DNA from: Felis catus | Taxonomy: Eukaryota | Assembly (NCBI RefSeq): GCF_018350175.1 | Contig: NC_058368.1 | Location: 74,960,001-75,024,000 of the forward strand | Length of the DNA stretch: 64,000 nucleotides | Direction: 5' to 3' | Part shown: piece by piece, positions 61,068-64,000 of the stretch | Layout of the letters: every line of letters begins with the position of its first letter | Position numbering within the stretch: the stretch's first letter is position 1 | The notes under the pieces: model-generated | The model's database searches: none | Seen by the model: the letters and a program-made list of their open reading frames with translations, nothing else | Told to the model about the DNA's origin: nothing | Position numbers and translations under genes: made by a program

Positions 61068-62941
61068 CACAAATAATCTTGAAAAAAACAACTAAGGCTT
61101 CAGAAGCACAGAGAGATAGAATTATATATTCAACCTGACAAAATGTTTGTTTCTTACGATGCTGTGGGCTTTCTTATGTTGAAAAAAAAAAGATGCAAAA
61201 TCTCAAGCCAGATATGCAGTCAAAATGATTTTCCAATGTTGATAGTTACACTTTTTTAAATGAATATAAATCTCAGCAAATAAATGTCAGAACTCTATAT
61301 GCATGTAGCCTGAAATTCATATCTTGTAGCGGAGAAGCTGATGTGAAATAATGATTTATATCACTGATGGGAAGTTCTTTGGTGGAAAAAAAGGCAGATG
61401 CATTCAGTGGAGAATAGAAGTTATTCATGTCACTGGTGCCAGGAAAAATGGAGAAGTGTTTTCTTCCTTTTTTTTTTTCTTTTTTAATTCGTCCTACATT
61501 AATCTGTTTACCTGCGCTCTGGGGGTAATGATAGGATCATTGACGCTACAACATCCATTAATCAAGCGCACTGTAAAGATTTTCCAACGTAAAGGCAACC
61601 TGTTTATTACATTTTGATGTTCTATTTGTAGAGTTCTGATATCAGAAGTGCTATAACAGGAAAAGAAAATGGGACGTTAATAATTTTATGAGCACAATAT
61701 ATTCTTTGCTTGTTTTAATTAATACGCCATTCTTCAAGCAATGCTCTTCTACTCTCGATATCTCTTCCAGCTGTAACATGTCTAATTAAATTATACTTTT
61801 CCCTTGTATTTAAAAACAGTGGCAGGGGAATTTTTTTTTCTTTTCACTCTGAGAGAAATCTTAAATAAATTATAATACTTGCTAGGCATACTGAATTTAC
61901 ATGACATTAAGTATACTTTTGCTAACTGCTCATTATGCTAATGGAAATTTTACATATTATAATATATAACATATAAGATATTGTGTATAATAGTATATAT
62001 ATATTCATACACATAATATACACGCTATGTACTTAGTTATTGAAAGTCTTCATTATCAGTCTTTACATTAAGTAATAAAGTTTGATTTTTATTACCTAAA
62101 AAAAAATCCTATTTATATCCAGACTTCACTGCATGAAATGAATTTAAGTCCTCTGAGCCATACACACATATCCTATTGTTTTATACAGGAACCTTTAAAA
62201 TATATGGAAAGAAACTTCTCATACAAGGTAGCATGCATGTAGGCAATTATGTGTCTCTCCTTCATAAGGGACCTAATGTGAAGGGTTTTCTTGAAAGCAA
62301 AGTATAATATATTCTCTCCGAAATGTAGAGACATATCCCAGAAAGTGACTCAAGAGAATGAATTGGTAGGTTAAGCATCCTAATGTTTTCTAACACATAT
62401 TTAACAAAGATTCTTGGGTGTACATGTTGCCACAAGAGAGTTCTCAAGTCAAATAAAATTTGATTGATCTTGATGGGAGTACAGAAATATCGTCACTATC
62501 AAATGGGCATCAGGATGCTTTGCTGGTCTCTGGGTTGGGCTAAGTGACTGTGGTGCAGAAGGACGCCCTATGAGTGAGCAGGAAGGAGAGGGGTAAATAC
62601 TAACTGTCTTTCTCCCCATTGTCTACTTTTCAAAGGCTCTCTCTTTCTCTTTCCAGAGAACAATCAACAGGTTGAGTGATTGATTGCCTTAACCATGGTG
62701 TGTACACAGTCTAAGAATGGAGGGAAGGTACGGACGGTATTGATGCAAAGCAATCCTTTAGGTCTATATCATTGTTTTCTTGTGCAAACATTAACAGTAG
62801 CCATCAGCTACACACTCCAAGGAGGGAAATAACTGAGTCCCAAAACTGTCACTGCTCCACGTTCTACGTTCCCCTGATTCTTCGCCATGAAGATGACTTT
62901 ATTCTGTTAATTGGCGAAGCACGTAATAGCAAGCCCTAAAG

Positions 62942-63169
62942 AAGTTACTCCCAACCTAAGGTGAATCTGCCCCCACTCCCTGCCCCAGGACATTTGACAA
63001 CATCTGAATCCATGTTTGGTTGTCCTGAGAATGGGTGCTACTTGTATCCAGTGATAGAGACCAAGGATGCTGCCAAAGATCTATAAGGCACAGGACAGAT
63101 TGCCCTACAACAAAGAATTACCTGACCCAAAATGTTAACAGCTCTGCAGTGTGAGTTGGGAGACCCAGG
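62942..63169 (+). mobile_element. MER20-like hAT-Charlie MITE
   Basis: ccccagggacatttgacaacatctg...tttggttgtc...gggtgctacttgtatccagtg...ccaaggatgctgccaaa...acaacaaagaattacctgacccaaaatgttaa. Confidence 0.85.
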
Positions 63170-64000
63170 ATTGGAAATGTAAAGAGGCTGTCAAAGAAGG
63201 TAACGTGGGGAGAGAGGAAGCAAGGGAAGGACCAAATGGGGGAGAAGGGAAGGGAGAGAAAAACAATCATGAAACATTTGCCAAAGAAATGAGGTAGGAA
63301 TACCTACCTCAGCCATTCTTTTGTGACTTCACATTAATAGTTAAAGTGCAGGTGCATAGACACTGTGCCAAGAGCCATGGTCAATATACAAAACGTCAAT
63401 ATGCTTTTCTTTAGGATTAATAAGCTCAATTTGAACTTTCCTTAATTCAATCTTTTGTTTTCTGAATCTAACCCTATCACAAAAGCCTTCAATCTGTGGA
63501 GTTAACAGGAAAAAAAATTATGAGATACCTCACAACTGAATCAGTTGAAACGCAGAGCTTGAAAATTAATCATCACCAAGAATAAAATTTGTGTTAAAGA
63601 GGAATGCGTTCGTTTGGAAAATGCATAAAACATGGAGAAATAAAACACGGTGTAGGATGCAAAAGAAAGTGATTTAAAATAGCATCTCATACAATTGCAT
63701 TTCATATTGAATTATTAAAATGTTACTTTGTGAGCAAGGCAGCCCTATATATATTGCTGAGAATTGATCATATTAACAAGACACCTTGGAGATAAGAGGG
63801 GTCACAGCTTTGTGGAGCAACTCAGTGGAGCCCTCCGTGGCCATTCTTGGAAGTCTAAGTGCCTACCTGCGTGTCCTAACAATCAGGTCAAAGCTCCTTT
63901 CTCTCTCTCAGTTACTTGCTAACAGAGAAACACAGGGAAATACCAGAAGAAACGGCAGGAAATTAGCTTCTTATTACCAAATGGATTATTCTACTGATGA

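Noticed and set aside
62635..62735. + strand acceptor ctctttctctttccag with nearby gt sites
   Set aside because: No coherent exon chain or recognisable product

Overview
Mammalian, AT-rich, repeat-rich genomic DNA, almost certainly felid (cat-like), judged from about 38 tRNA-derived Can-SINE copies of SINEC_Fc type and cat-type L1 3' ends. I recognise no protein-coding gene, tRNA, rRNA or CRISPR array. The supplied ORFs come from SINEs, L1, microsatellites or chance, and only L1 ORF2 remnants are recognisable protein sequence. The window looks like a large intron or gene desert. It holds layered transposons: old L2, MIR, L1M, MLT1, MER20 and MER58; ERV1-type LTRs; a well-preserved TcMar/Tigger-like MITE; and young SINE and L1 insertions with intact target-site duplications (TSDs). 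Between them lie repeat-free, motif-dense islands that look like enhancers. I found no convincing new biological system. The best leads are a speculative phase-compatible 3-exon minus-strand ORF, a PORE-type POU dimer site, nuclear-receptor DR0/DR1 elements, candidate conserved non-coding elements, a possible L1 micro-transduction and several young structural events. Repeat family names come from recall of consensus sequences, not a database search, and boundaries are approximate unless TSDs are given.
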